Origin: Oxalobacter sp. | GTDB taxonomy: Bacteria > Pseudomonadota > Gammaproteobacteria > Burkholderiales > Burkholderiaceae_D | DNA length: 64,000 nt | NCBI GenBank assembly: GCA_045603905.1 | Contig: JAZUNA010000041.1 | Coordinates: 3,000 to 66,999, forward strand | Direction of reading: 5' to 3' | In this document: positions 11,047 through 20,663 of the stretch, in pieces | Layout: each line of letters begins with the position of its first letter | Position numbering within the stretch: position 1 is the first letter of the stretch | Position numbers and translations under genes: made by a program | The notes under the pieces: generated by a model | The model's database searches: none | What the model saw: the letters and a program-made list of their open reading frames with translations, nothing else | Told to the model about the DNA's origin: nothing

Positions 11047-12219
11047 TTATTTATTTAGACTTTGCATAGCCTCATCCAAACCGCGTAGCGTAAGAGGGTA
11101 CATGCGGTTTTCCATGATTTCTCGAATCATTTCAATGGATCGAGTACCATTCCAGAAACGTTCTGGTTCTGGATTTAACCACACAGCATGTTTAAAGTGC
11201 ATCAGAAGACTTCTTATCCAGGTTTCTCCTGAATGTGTGCTATTCGTATTATAGTAATTCGTGCTTGGAAGACTGATTTCAGTTGGTCCCATTGTCGCAT
11301 CACCAACAATAATCAATTTGTAATCTTGCCCGAATTTATTGGTCAGGAAGTGAAGAGGGTAGTGAATGGTTGTTGATGCGTTGTCATATTTCCAAACAGT
11401 ATCGTAGATACAATTGTGGAAATAAAAGAAATCCATATACTTGAATTCTGTTTTTGCAGCAGAAAACAATTCTTCACAACTTTTGATGTAGGGCACCATT
11501 GAGCCACCAATATCAAAGAGTAAAAGCACTTTAACTTTGTTTTGCCGTTCTGGACGCATAACTAAATCCAACCAACCGGCATTTCGTGCGGTACTTCTAA
11601 TGGTTTCTTCCAGATCAAGTTCAACAGGTATACCTTCCCTGGCAAACTTTCTCAATCGTCTAAGGGCTACTTTAATGTTACGTGTTCCTAATTCAAGCTC
11701 ATCATCTAACCCTTTAAATTCACGACTATCCCAGGCTCTTACTGTTTTTTGAGGAGGCTCTTCTGCAAATTCTTTATTTTCAGTAAGTGGATTTAGGTTG
11801 ATTCCGCTGACATTAAATGAAATGTTGTTGTTATCAGTTGCTTTATCAAGAATGAATTCTTTGTCTTGAAACGTGGAATGTTCTGAATTAACCTTGTTGC
11901 CATCTGCTGCAACCAGATCCAGCATAGCCAGTTCTTCTGCGCTCAGCACATTTTTTGCTGCATTTTCCAGCCAATTTTCGTGGAATCCATCAACAAGATT
12001 GTCTTGTTTTTTGATTTTCTCAAAATACTCGGAAAAAGCGACATCAAAGCGATCATAATGTGCTTCGTTTTTAACCAGGCAAATACGGGCAAGTGAATAA
12101 AAATTATCCAGACTACAATTGACGAATCCTGCCTGCATTGCTTCTAACAATGCTAAAAACTCAGTGATAGTCACTGGTACCCGTCGTTCTTTTAAATGCA
12201 GGAAAAAATCAATTAACAT
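11047..12219 (-). CDS. VWA (CoxE-like) domain protein
   Basis: MLIDFF...VKNEAHYDRFD; DIGGSM MIDAS-like motif; YFHNCIY; VGDATM; WLNP; paired with a MoxR ATPase. Confidence 0.9.
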   Translation of the reverse strand: MLIDFFLHLKERRVPVTITEFLALLEAMQAGFVNCSLDNFYSLARICLVKNEAHYDRFDVAFSEYFEKIKKQDNLVDGFHENWLENAAKNVLSAEELAMLDLVAADGNKVNSEHSTFQDKEFILDKATDNNNISFNVSGINLNPLTENKEFAEEPPQKTVRAWDSREFKGLDDELELGTRNIKVALRRLRKFAREGIPVELDLEETIRSTARNAGWLDLVMRPERQNKVKVLLLFDIGGSMVPYIKSCEELFSAAKTEFKYMDFFYFHNCIYDTVWKYDNASTTIHYPLHFLTNKFGQDYKLIIVGDATMGPTEISLPSTNYYNTNSTHSGETWIRSLLMHFKHAVWLNPEPERFWNGTRSIEMIREIMENRMYPLTLRGLDEAMQSLNK

Positions 12220-12226
12220 GGTAGTA

Positions 12227-13069
12227 TCAATTCCGTTGACGATTCATTTTTACAATACGATTCAACATTTCTACGTCTTGCTCATTTTTCATTAAAGCAC
12301 CAAACATAGGTGGCATTTCTGAACGTTTTTCTTTTCCAGCAAGTAACGATGGATCAATACCTTCTGCTTTTAAGAGCTTAATCCAGTCAATCAATTCAGA
12401 TGTAGATGGTTTTTTCTTGAAACCGTTGATTTGTCTTAAATCGTAAAAAACATCCAAAGCTTCTCTTAAGAGGTTCTCAGACAAGTTGGGAAAGTGGACA
12501 TCCACAATTTTTGACATCGTTTCTTTATCAGGGAATGTAATGTAATGGAAAAAGCAACGACGTAAAAAAGCATCTGGTAATTCTTTTTCATTATTTGAGG
12601 TAATGATAAAAAGAGGGCGGTGCTTTGCTTTAACTAGTTGCTGCGTTTCGTAACAATAGAACTCCATGCGATCAAGTTCTCGCAAAAGATCATTTGGGAA
12701 CTCAATATCTGCTTTATCAATTTCATCTACTAGGACAACGGCAGGCTTATCTGATTCAAAAGCTTCCCAAAGAACACCTTTGATGATGTAGTTGGCAATA
12801 TTAGCCACTTTAGCTTCACCAAGCTGTGAATCACGTAAACGTGATACAGCATCATATTCATAAAGACCGTGTTGTGCTTTGGTTGTGGATTTAATATGCC
12901 ATTGAAGGAGAGGCATATTTAATGCTGCTGCCACTTCTTCGGCCAGCATGGTTTTTCCTGTACCAGGTTCGCCTTTTATCAATAAAGGGCGTTGAAGTGT
13001 CATAGCAGCATTTACAGCCAGTTGTAAATCAGGGGTAGCAATGTAATTAGAACTTCCTTCAAAGCGCAT
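12227..13069 (-). CDS. MoxR-family AAA+ ATPase (CoxD-like)
   Basis: GEPGTGKT Walker A, LVDEIDKAD Walker B, TSNNEKELPDAFLRRC, KKPSTSELIDW. Confidence 0.93.
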   Translation of the reverse strand: MRFEGSSNYIATPDLQLAVNAAMTLQRPLLIKGEPGTGKTMLAEEVAAALNMPLLQWHIKSTTKAQHGLYEYDAVSRLRDSQLGEAKVANIANYIIKGVLWEAFESDKPAVVLVDEIDKADIEFPNDLLRELDRMEFYCYETQQLVKAKHRPLFIITSNNEKELPDAFLRRCFFHYITFPDKETMSKIVDVHFPNLSENLLREALDVFYDLRQINGFKKKPSTSELIDWIKLLKAEGIDPSLLAGKEKRSEMPPMFGALMKNEQDVEMLNRIVKMNRQRN

Positions 13070-13333
13070 AACGGATTCCTAAGTAAGTTTGATATTGAAT
13101 AATATAAAAAAAGTATACCAGTTATTTTTTATTATTTCTTTTCAGATGAAAAATAAGAAAAATAAAATAAAGCAGGGCGTATTTTTATATATTAAAAATA
13201 TTTAATATCAATATGTTATCCATGTAATTTAAACTTAAATATAACTTTAATATTTAACTGTAATGTATTGCTTTTACTTTGTGGGGAAAAGTAAAAAAAT
13301 ATAAAAAAGATTAATTTTTTTGTGAGATAAGTA

Positions 13334-13735
13334 TTAAGAAACCAAGTCTTCTAAGGTCATGCTATCTAAATATGAATCCATATTTTTTTGAAGACCGAGC
13401 CAAAAATTAAATACTTTACAAGTTTCCTGACGTTGGCAAGGGTGGGAATGATGTCCCATGCAGGCAACGGGGGTAATGTTGCCTGCTATCGCTCGAATGA
13501 TTTCACCAGGAGTATATTGAGAAGGTGTCCTTGTTAATTTATATCCACCTTGTGATCCTCTTGAGCTTACAATCAACCCGGATCTTGTTAAATGCATTGC
13601 AATTTGCTCAAGATATTTAATGGAAATATCTTGTTTTTGAGCAATATCTTTTAACGAAATAAAAACATCTTCTGGGGAAGAAGCTAGTTCAATCATTAAA
13701 CGTAATGCATATCGAGTTCGAGTTGAAAATTTCAT
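13334..13735 (-). CDS. Rrf2-family transcriptional regulator
   Basis: STRTRYALR, ISIKYLEQI, SRGSQGGY; three C-terminal Cys (C-x7-C-x5-C); co-oriented after cysK. Confidence 0.92.
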   Translation of the reverse strand: MKFSTRTRYALRLMIELASSPEDVFISLKDIAQKQDISIKYLEQIAMHLTRSGLIVSSRGSQGGYKLTRTPSQYTPGEIIRAIAGNITPVACMGHHSHPCQRQETCKVFNFWLGLQKNMDSYLDSMTLEDLVS

Positions 13736-13761
13736 TGATTTTTCCTAATGCACTGATGTTA

Positions 13762-14712
13762 TTAAGTAATGTTATCAAAAAGTTCAGAGGATAAATATCT
13801 TTCTCCTGCATCAGGCAAAATAACAACAATGGTTTTTCCTGCAAACTCATCCAGATTTGCAAGTTTTGCGGCAGCAGCTGTTGCAGCGCCTGAAGAAATG
13901 CCGCATAAAATACCTTCTTCTTTAGCTAGACGTTTTGCATAGTTTATAGCTTCATCATCTTCGATTGGTTCAACTCGATCAATAACTGATAAATCCAGTG
14001 TGTCAGGTATAAACCCGGCTCCAATGCCTTGAATCTTGTGTGTACCAGGTGTAAGAGGTTGTCCAGATTTATACTGGGAGATAACAGGACTACCTGCTGG
14101 TTCAACTGCTACAGAAATAATGTTAGGGTTTTTCTGCTTGAGAAAACGGCTAATTCCAGTAATTGTGCCACCAGTTCCTGCTCCGGAAACGATGACATCG
14201 ACGGTGCCATCAGTGTCATTCCATATTTCAGGACCGGTTGTTGTTTCATGAATGGCAGGATTGGCTGGATTTTTAAATTGCATTGGCATGTAATACCGGT
14301 TTGGATCTGATGCAACAAGCTCTTCTGCAACACGAATAGAGCCTCTCATGCCTTCAGTACCCGGAGTTAATTTTAGATTGGCGCCTAGCATAGCCAAGAC
14401 TTTACGTCTTTCGATGCTCATGGTTTCAGGCATGGTAAGGGTTAGTTTGTAGCCTTTGGCAGCTGAAACAAATGCGAGACCAATGCCTGTGTTTCCGCTG
14501 GTGGGTTCAACAATTTCCATACCCGGCTTTAATATTCCTTTTTTTTCAGCATCCTCAATAAGAGCAGCACCAACGCGACATTTTACGGAGTATGCTGGAT
14601 TACGACCTTCAACTTTAACTAGAACTGTCGCTTTTTTATTGGTAATACGATTTAAACGAACTAAAGGGGTGTTACCAATTGATTTTGAATTGTCTTCAAA
14701 TATCCTTGCCAT
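13762..14712 (-). CDS. cysK: Cysteine synthase A
   Basis: [16 protein letters not shown] (PLP Lys), [28 protein letters not shown]; AAGGA RBS. Confidence 0.97.
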   Translation of the reverse strand: MARIFEDNSKSIGNTPLVRLNRITNKKATVLVKVEGRNPAYSVKCRVGAALIEDAEKKGILKPGMEIVEPTSGNTGIGLAFVSAAKGYKLTLTMPETMSIERRKVLAMLGANLKLTPGTEGMRGSIRVAEELVASDPNRYYMPMQFKNPANPAIHETTTGPEIWNDTDGTVDVIVSGAGTGGTITGISRFLKQKNPNIISVAVEPAGSPVISQYKSGQPLTPGTHKIQGIGAGFIPDTLDLSVIDRVEPIEDDEAINYAKRLAKEEGILCGISSGAATAAAAKLANLDEFAGKTIVVILPDAGERYLSSELFDNIT

Positions 14713-15078
14713 GATCATTCCTTTTAAAAACAGGTCGTATTTAAAACAATGTGCCAGTTTTTTTTGATTCGATAAAGGAAATATTTTAAATTGTTTAAAC
14801 GAATTTTGCTCATGAAGAGTTGGTGGAAAATTTTTAATAAATTATATTATTATTTCGCATAATTAGTATTATGTTAAATTTATAATGTGTATTATTATTG
14901 AACGTCATAAATAGATTGATGTGTGTATTGATGTGCTCAGCCATCATCTTCTTCGTTTTTGACCTCTGGTTCAATCATTATCGGAAAACCAGTATGCGAT
15001 CAGAGTTTTCATGATGTAAAAATAAGAAGAATTAATCTTCTATCGCTGAGATAATGTGTCATTCGTTTTTGAGATGGT

Positions 15079-15121
15079 TTGTACAGTGGTAAGGACAAAT
15101 AGATCCGTAACCACTGTACAA
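15079..15121. terminator. Hairpin downstream of the LUD gene (probable terminator)
   Basis: TTGTACAGTGGT / ACCACTGTACAA 12-bp perfect stem; no clear U tract. Confidence 0.5.
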
Positions 15122-15175
15122 GCGATATCAAGTATGGATTTTTTATCTTCCCCTACTGTATAGAAAAGAAAACGA

Positions 15176-15769
15176 TTACAGTCCCAGATCCTGATCAATA
15201 AAGATAATTTCGCATTCCATACCAAAGGGAGCACGATCCATAATAATGGTCATTCTGCAAATTCTATCTGGTGTATTGCAGTTATAACATTTATCGCCTT
15301 CTCTTGCGCAAGGTGTTTTCATTTTTAAACGCTGTGCATTTTTAGGACCTGCAATATTTTTAGCTCTGTCTAATGCTTCAACAAGATTCGGTCTGATTTT
15401 GTTTTTACCAATGACGTAGTAACAAGTTTTAGGACCAAAAGCTGTCATGGCAACACGGTTTCCTGTTCCATCAATATTAACAATTTCACCTGTTTCCGAA
15501 ACTGCGTTAGCGCTTGTAATATAAACACTGGTGCTATTAGCTAAACGTCTGACTTCTCTAGATAAGACCTTGTTATGCCAAATAACGACATTTTTTTCTT
15601 GAAGAGCTTCAAATAATCCGAGCTCACGTAAAGTAACACTACCACCAAACCCAATTGTTCTGCGTTCCAATTTCTTTACGAAATACTCTCTTGCTTCTTC
15701 TACTGTAGAAAAAAGTTGAGTGGAAAATCCATGATTTTCAAAATTTTGTCTAATTGTCTGGTAGTCCAT
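15176..15769 (-). CDS. LUD/LutC-domain protein
   Basis: GFGGSVTL, ITSANAVSETGEIVNIDGTGNRVA, GKNKI, C-terminal TPC..C..C..RIC cluster. Confidence 0.85.
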   Translation of the reverse strand: MDYQTIRQNFENHGFSTQLFSTVEEAREYFVKKLERRTIGFGGSVTLRELGLFEALQEKNVVIWHNKVLSREVRRLANSTSVYITSANAVSETGEIVNIDGTGNRVAMTAFGPKTCYYVIGKNKIRPNLVEALDRAKNIAGPKNAQRLKMKTPCAREGDKCYNCNTPDRICRMTIIMDRAPFGMECEIIFIDQDLGL

Positions 15770-15945
15770 ATGTTTTTCCCTAAAGCATTTTTGATTAACG
15801 AGCCCTTATATTTTCTTTAAGAAAACAATATATTCTACCAACAATTTTAGTACTGGAAAATCAATAATTTCAGTTACTTATGATGTATAAGAGACATTTT
15901 TGGCTGATGCTGTACGTAGTGTTTTTACGAAGTGTCCAAAGTAGA

Positions 15946-15989
15946 TAAACGATACTTTCATCTAGTTCGTTTGATGAAAGTATCGTTTA
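15946..15989 (-). terminator. 17-bp perfect hairpin downstream of the small ORF
   Basis: TAAACGATACTTTCATC-N10-GATGAAAGTATCGTTTA. Confidence 0.7.
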
Positions 15990-16025
15990 AAAATAGCGGT
16001 GTTTGGTTTACTTATTTAGTTAGAT

Positions 16026-16181
16026 TTATGCTTTTTTTACAGTCTTTGCATGGTTTGGCTGTTCAGTTTTAGCATCCATTTTTTCTTTTTTGACAGTCCC
16101 TGCTTTAACAGATGCTTTTGATTGAGTTGTGTGAGCTTGTTTAGCATTATTTTGATTTTGTTGAGTTTTTTTGTTTTCCAT
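16026..16181 (-). CDS. Small 51-aa Lys/Gln/Ala-rich protein (not in the ORF track)
   Basis: AGGAG RBS 6 nt before ATG; MENKKTQQNQNNAKQAHTTQSKASVKAGTVKKEKMDAKTEQPNHAKTVKKA; followed by a strong hairpin. Confidence 0.7.
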   Translation of the reverse strand: MENKKTQQNQNNAKQAHTTQSKASVKAGTVKKEKMDAKTEQPNHAKTVKKA

Positions 16182-16339
16182 AAGATTCTCCTGTTAAAAA
16201 GACATTGGTTTAGGCTATGTTGAATAAAAAAGATTCCCTAACAAAATCAATTTATTGATAAAAGATAAACTTTTTTCCGATTTAGGAGTATGATTAGAAT
16301 TTAGGTTACGAATTAGTGGTTTGATAAATAAAGGTTTTT

Positions 16340-16921
16340 TTGATGATGAGGAGATACACCATAAAAAAATGGCTGTTCGGTTTATTTATCGGATGTATGC
16401 TTGTTTTTTCCATGTCTACCAATGCAGCTGACGTAATCGATAAAAAAACATTGATAGTTTATTTTTCTTTAACAGGAAATACGGATTATCTGGCTAAAGT
16501 AATACAAAATAAAACAAATGCGGATATTTATCGAATTAGAGTAAAAACTCCCTATCCTATTGAACGTGCAGATTTGCTAAAAAGAGTAAAAAAAGAACAG
16601 GATACGGGAAATTATCCTGATTTAAAAAGTCTTCCGAACAATATTGATGCATATGATCAGATTTTGATTGGCAGTCCTGTATGGTTTAGAAGTGTTTCAA
16701 CTCCTATTTCAAGTTTATTAAAACAAGTTGATTTTAAAGCCAAAAAGGTGGCAGCTTTTTGTACCTGTGGCAGTAAATCCGGAAACTTTTTTTCAGATTT
16801 TAAAAAACAGGCTAAAAATGTAACGATCCTTCAGGGCTTTGAATTATGTCGGTTTCATGAGAAAAAAGACGAGATACTCAATGAAGCTTTGGATGTATGG
16901 TTAAAGAAAATCAGTCAGTAA
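16340..16921 (+). CDS. Flavodoxin-like protein with signal peptide
   Basis: TLIVYFSLTGNT, IGSPVWF, AFCTCGS; N-terminal Sec signal ending TNA-A; exact start uncertain. Confidence 0.85.
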   Translation: MMMRRYTIKKWLFGLFIGCMLVFSMSTNAADVIDKKTLIVYFSLTGNTDYLAKVIQNKTNADIYRIRVKTPYPIERADLLKRVKKEQDTGNYPDLKSLPNNIDAYDQILIGSPVWFRSVSTPISSLLKQVDFKAKKVAAFCTCGSKSGNFFSDFKKQAKNVTILQGFELCRFHEKKDEILNEALDVWLKKISQ

Positions 16922-17143
16922 ATCAGAATTTATCTAATTTAACATTTGATTGAACATTTTCTCTTATAAATCGATAACCCGTTGTATTTATTAATGTTAT
17001 TGATGTATAACGAAGAAAATTTAAAAGCCGTAAAAAATCTTTGTGAAGAAATAGACCATAAAACACAGGTTTGTTTTTCCTTTTGATTGCGAAACATCCT
17101 GTTAACATTAAAGTCAAGATAGTATTCAAATCAAGGCAAGATA

Positions 17144-17518
17144 ATGGATATTAGTAAACTCACAAAGAGAGTCCCGTTTGGTGTCGCTTCTCCTCCTTAT
17201 CAAAGTAGAAGTGCTGGAACGGATTTTGAAGATTTATTAAAGCAATTAAAAGATGAGCTCAAAACAATAGAAATGTTTTGTACTCAAAATACGTCTTCGT
17301 CTTCTGCTAATTCATTAGCTATGCCTCAGCTTTTAAATATGGATGAAGCAGAATATTTCTTGTTGGATGAATTATTGATGACGGCATTGGAAGAAACGAA
17401 ATTGACAACACAGACGAATTCTTCTGATATGGATCAGGAGATGTTAGAGTCTAAAGTTGACGATAGATTCAAGTTGAATTTGTCCAAAATGGGAAAAGTA
17501 CTCAAATACGGTTTATAG
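17144..17518 (+). CDS. Hypothetical acidic protein
   Basis: 124-aa ORF filling the gap, AAGG upstream, terminator downstream; no family recognised. Confidence 0.6.
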   Translation: MDISKLTKRVPFGVASPPYQSRSAGTDFEDLLKQLKDELKTIEMFCTQNTSSSSANSLAMPQLLNMDEAEYFLLDELLMTALEETKLTTQTNSSDMDQEMLESKVDDRFKLNLSKMGKVLKYGL

Positions 17519-17547
17519 AATTTATTACAATTGATAAACGATATATA

Positions 17548-17576
17548 GGCACCATTCAAGAAGAATGGTGTTTTTT
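17548..17576 (+). terminator. Intrinsic terminator between convergent genes
   Basis: GGCACCATTC-aagaa-GAATGGTGTT followed by a T run. Confidence 0.7.
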
Positions 17577-18141
17577 ATTCTGATTTTGGCATTTCGTTTT
17601 CTTCTTTTTGGGATAAAAAATGTGAAACAGAATCGTAGTATTCATCGATCAATTCTGCAGGATTGTTTCCTCTGATTAAGCGCTTGGGTAATGATTCCAA
17701 TTGCTCCTGGATTTTTCTTCCCTCATTTTCATTACATTTTTGTGAAGTCGCGCAATATGTTTCAAATTCTTTAACGATTTTAAAAAACGCTTTAGGATTT
17801 TGTTTTAGCCAAGGTGTCTTTTGCCCTTTTCCATCTCCTCCTGCCAATAAGTCATCACTCATTATGTTGAGTTGATCCATGATAGAACACATTTGATTGA
17901 GATAAACTTGCCCTTCTTTTTTGTTCTTCTCATACTCAATATATTGTGATGAGAAATCAGCAACGATGCCTGATCCGATTTGAGTATAGGTAGAAAGTTT
18001 TTCCTGACCTTGCAAAGCGTATATTCGAAAATGAATCAATTGCTCTCTTTTTAAGTTGAGTTCTTCCTCACTACAGGCAGTTTGTGCTTGGGTAGATAGG
18101 GAAATGAATAGCAATAAAAAACAGATAAAAATCTTTTTCAT
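17575..18141 (-). CDS. Hypothetical exported protein
   Basis: Signal peptide MKKIFICFLLLFISLSTQA; four Cys in the mature helical region; 10 nt downstream of emrB. Confidence 0.7.
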   Translation of the reverse strand: MKKIFICFLLLFISLSTQAQTACSEEELNLKREQLIHFRIYALQGQEKLSTYTQIGSGIVADFSSQYIEYEKNKKEGQVYLNQMCSIMDQLNIMSDDLLAGGDGKGQKTPWLKQNPKAFFKIVKEFETYCATSQKCNENEGRKIQEQLESLPKRLIRGNNPAELIDEYYDSVSHFLSQKEENEMPKSE

Positions 18142-18151
18142 GTTGATTTAG

Positions 18152-19657
18152 CTAAAGACGAGGTTTGGGTACGATACAAACAGCAAAGGCGGCAATCAGA
18201 ATCAAGACGCTGACGACACACATGATTTCATTAGTCGCTAACATAACACTTTGGTTCGTGACCATATTATTTAATAAAGATCTTGCCATTTCCAAAGACA
18301 TACCGTTGTCTAGCATCATTTTTAAATAATTCCCGGATGAATCAACTAAACCCGAGAGTTCTGCGTGCATATAATTGGTTCGATCTTCCCAGGAAGTAGT
18401 AACAATAGATGTTGCAATAGCACCTGATAATGTTCGAATAAAACTCATCAATCCCGCAGCAGATGCGGTTTCGTGTTCATCAACACTGGCAAGTGCTAAA
18501 CTGGTTAACGGAACGAAAAAGAAAGGTGATCCCAGTCCCATTAATATAATAGGGAAAATAATCCATCCGTAGGTTGCATCTGTATTAAAAAACGATCGGA
18601 AAAACGTAATAATTCCGAGCCAGGTAACGCCTAAGAAAACCAATCTTCTAGGATCAACCCGTTTTGAGAGCATTGCGGCTAATGGAGAAACCAAAAATGC
18701 AGTTACACCACTCCAAGCAGTTGTTTTTCCTGACCAAGTTGGCGTATATCCCATATAGGATTGTAACCATAGCGGCGTTAATACATTGACGGCAAAATAT
18801 CCACCAAAGGCTAAAGCAAGTGTAAAAAGGCAAGCTGAATATCCTGTATGTCGAAATACGCGAATATCGACGATAGGATGCTCTTCATTTAACTCCCAAA
18901 TCAAAAATGCAATAAATCCAACAACAGCAATAATAGCCAGCATGACAATGTAATTGGAAGCAAACCAATCCAAGTCTTTACCTTCATCCAGCATCAACTG
19001 TAAAGCGCCTACCCAAATAATCAAAAGAATCAAACCGACAACATCGATACGTGCACGTTCTAATTTTTGAGGTAATTTTTTGAGCATGTGCCAGGCAAGA
19101 GCACTACAGAATAAAGCAAGAGGAACATTAATTAAGAATATCCAATGCCAGGAATAGTTGTCACAAAGCCATCCACCTAAAATAGGTCCTAAAACCGGTG
19201 CAACTAATGTAGTCATGGCCCAAAGCATGGTTGCTACCACGGCTTTTTCTTTAGGGAAAATCCGTAAAAGCAAGGTTTGCGTTAGAGGCATCATTGGACC
19301 ACCAGCAAGACCTTGTAATATTCTTGCTCCAACCAAAAGCCCCAATGAATTAGCTAATCCGCATATTAAAGAGAAGATGCCAAAAAGCCCCATTGTTGTT
19401 GAAAAGGTTCTAACAGCACCAAATCGAGCGGCTAACCACCCTGTTAAGGGAAGAATAATCGCTTCTGCAACAGCATATGAAGTGATAACCCATGTTCCTT
19501 GCGTTGTACTGGCTCCTAATGCACCTGCAATACTGGTAACAGATACATTGGCAATTGTCATATCCAAAACAGCAATGAAATTGGCCATTGATAACAAAAT
19601 GGCCACAAACCACATGGTTTTTCCTTCAAATAATGGCTTCTCTGTTTGGGCATTCAT
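18152..19657 (-). CDS. emrB: DHA2-family MFS efflux subunit (EmrB-like)
   Basis: LDMTIANVS, QGTWVITSY, GWLAARFG, APVLGPILGG, WHWIFLINVP; about 14 TM. Confidence 0.92.
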   Translation of the reverse strand: MNAQTEKPLFEGKTMWFVAILLSMANFIAVLDMTIANVSVTSIAGALGASTTQGTWVITSYAVAEAIILPLTGWLAARFGAVRTFSTTMGLFGIFSLICGLANSLGLLVGARILQGLAGGPMMPLTQTLLLRIFPKEKAVVATMLWAMTTLVAPVLGPILGGWLCDNYSWHWIFLINVPLALFCSALAWHMLKKLPQKLERARIDVVGLILLIIWVGALQLMLDEGKDLDWFASNYIVMLAIIAVVGFIAFLIWELNEEHPIVDIRVFRHTGYSACLFTLALAFGGYFAVNVLTPLWLQSYMGYTPTWSGKTTAWSGVTAFLVSPLAAMLSKRVDPRRLVFLGVTWLGIITFFRSFFNTDATYGWIIFPIILMGLGSPFFFVPLTSLALASVDEHETASAAGLMSFIRTLSGAIATSIVTTSWEDRTNYMHAELSGLVDSSGNYLKMMLDNGMSLEMARSLLNNMVTNQSVMLATNEIMCVVSVLILIAAFAVCIVPKPRL

Positions 19658-19681
19658 AATAGGATTTGTTGCCTAACGAGG

Positions 19682-20653
19682 TTATTCTTGTTTTGAATTA
19701 CGAGTATCAATTGTTACGTTCATCGACAGACCAACTGAAAGCGGATTAGCTTCTAATTCTTTTGGATCCAGACGAATTCTAACGGGCAGTCGTTGTACGA
19801 CTTTAATCCAGTTACCTGTTGCGTTTTGAGCTGGAATAATTGAAAAAGCTGATCCAGTTCCTCCTGATAGACCTTCCACTACCCCGTTATATTTGACAGA
19901 AGAACCATAAAGATCGGCATATATGGTTGCTTTTTGCCCTTCTCTTACTTTTTCCAGTTGTCCTTCTTTAAAATTGGCGTCTACATGCATTTCATGAATT
20001 GGAACAACTGACAATAAGACGGTACCTGCTTGAACACGTTGACCGACTTGTACTGTTCGTTTGGCAATAATGCCATCAACAGGTGCTCGCACAATTGTTC
20101 GTTCTAAATCTACTTTAGCTTGGGCAACACGTGCTTTTGTTTGTTCAATAGCCGCTTTAGCTGCCTGAATGGCTGCTTGTCCAGAGGTATAGGCATTTTG
20201 CGCTCTAGTTAATTCATCTCCTGAAACAGAACCATCTTTAATCAGAGCTCGTCTACGCTTGAGATCAATTTTCGCTTTAGCATAATCAGATTGAGCAATA
20301 GCCAGCTGAGCAACAGCATGATTGGCATCAGCTTCGGCTTGAGCAAGTGCAAGTTTGGCGTCAACATCATCAATAACAACCAAAATATCATCTTTTTTGA
20401 CACTTTGTGTATCTTTGACTTTTACTTCCTGGATCGTACCACCTACTGCTGGGGTAACTTGAGCGATTTCAACCGCGGTGTAAGCATTATCTGTTTCAAC
20501 GAAGTGAGAACCCCACAAAAACCAGTATAATCCCCACAGTGTGCCACAGAGCAAAACAGCGCAAGCTAATATGGTAAATCCTTTTTTGCGGCGAACATTA
20601 GCGGGTTTTTCAGGTTTTTCAACTTTTTCAGGTAACTCAGTAGATTGTGTCAT
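19682..20653 (-). CDS. emrA: EmrA-family membrane fusion protein
   Basis: ETDNAY, VDANFKE, GTGSAFSIIPAQNATGNWIKVVQRLPV. Confidence 0.93.
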   Translation of the reverse strand: MTQSTELPEKVEKPEKPANVRRKKGFTILACAVLLCGTLWGLYWFLWGSHFVETDNAYTAVEIAQVTPAVGGTIQEVKVKDTQSVKKDDILVVIDDVDAKLALAQAEADANHAVAQLAIAQSDYAKAKIDLKRRRALIKDGSVSGDELTRAQNAYTSGQAAIQAAKAAIEQTKARVAQAKVDLERTIVRAPVDGIIAKRTVQVGQRVQAGTVLLSVVPIHEMHVDANFKEGQLEKVREGQKATIYADLYGSSVKYNGVVEGLSGGTGSAFSIIPAQNATGNWIKVVQRLPVRIRLDPKELEANPLSVGLSMNVTIDTRNSKQE

Positions 20654-20663
20654 AGTCGATCTT

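Noticed and set aside
11047-13069. MoxR/VWA pair as an anti-phage or novel system
   Set aside because: It matches the widespread CoxD/CoxE-like chaperone pair, with no effector or defence-island context
14834-14947. Leader peptide attenuator for cysK
   Set aside because: The minus-strand 37-aa ORF has no Cys codons, and no terminator precedes cysK
16923-17129. 68-aa minus-strand ORF
   Set aside because: TTG start with no RBS, low-complexity AT-rich translation, and it occupies the likely promoter region of 17144
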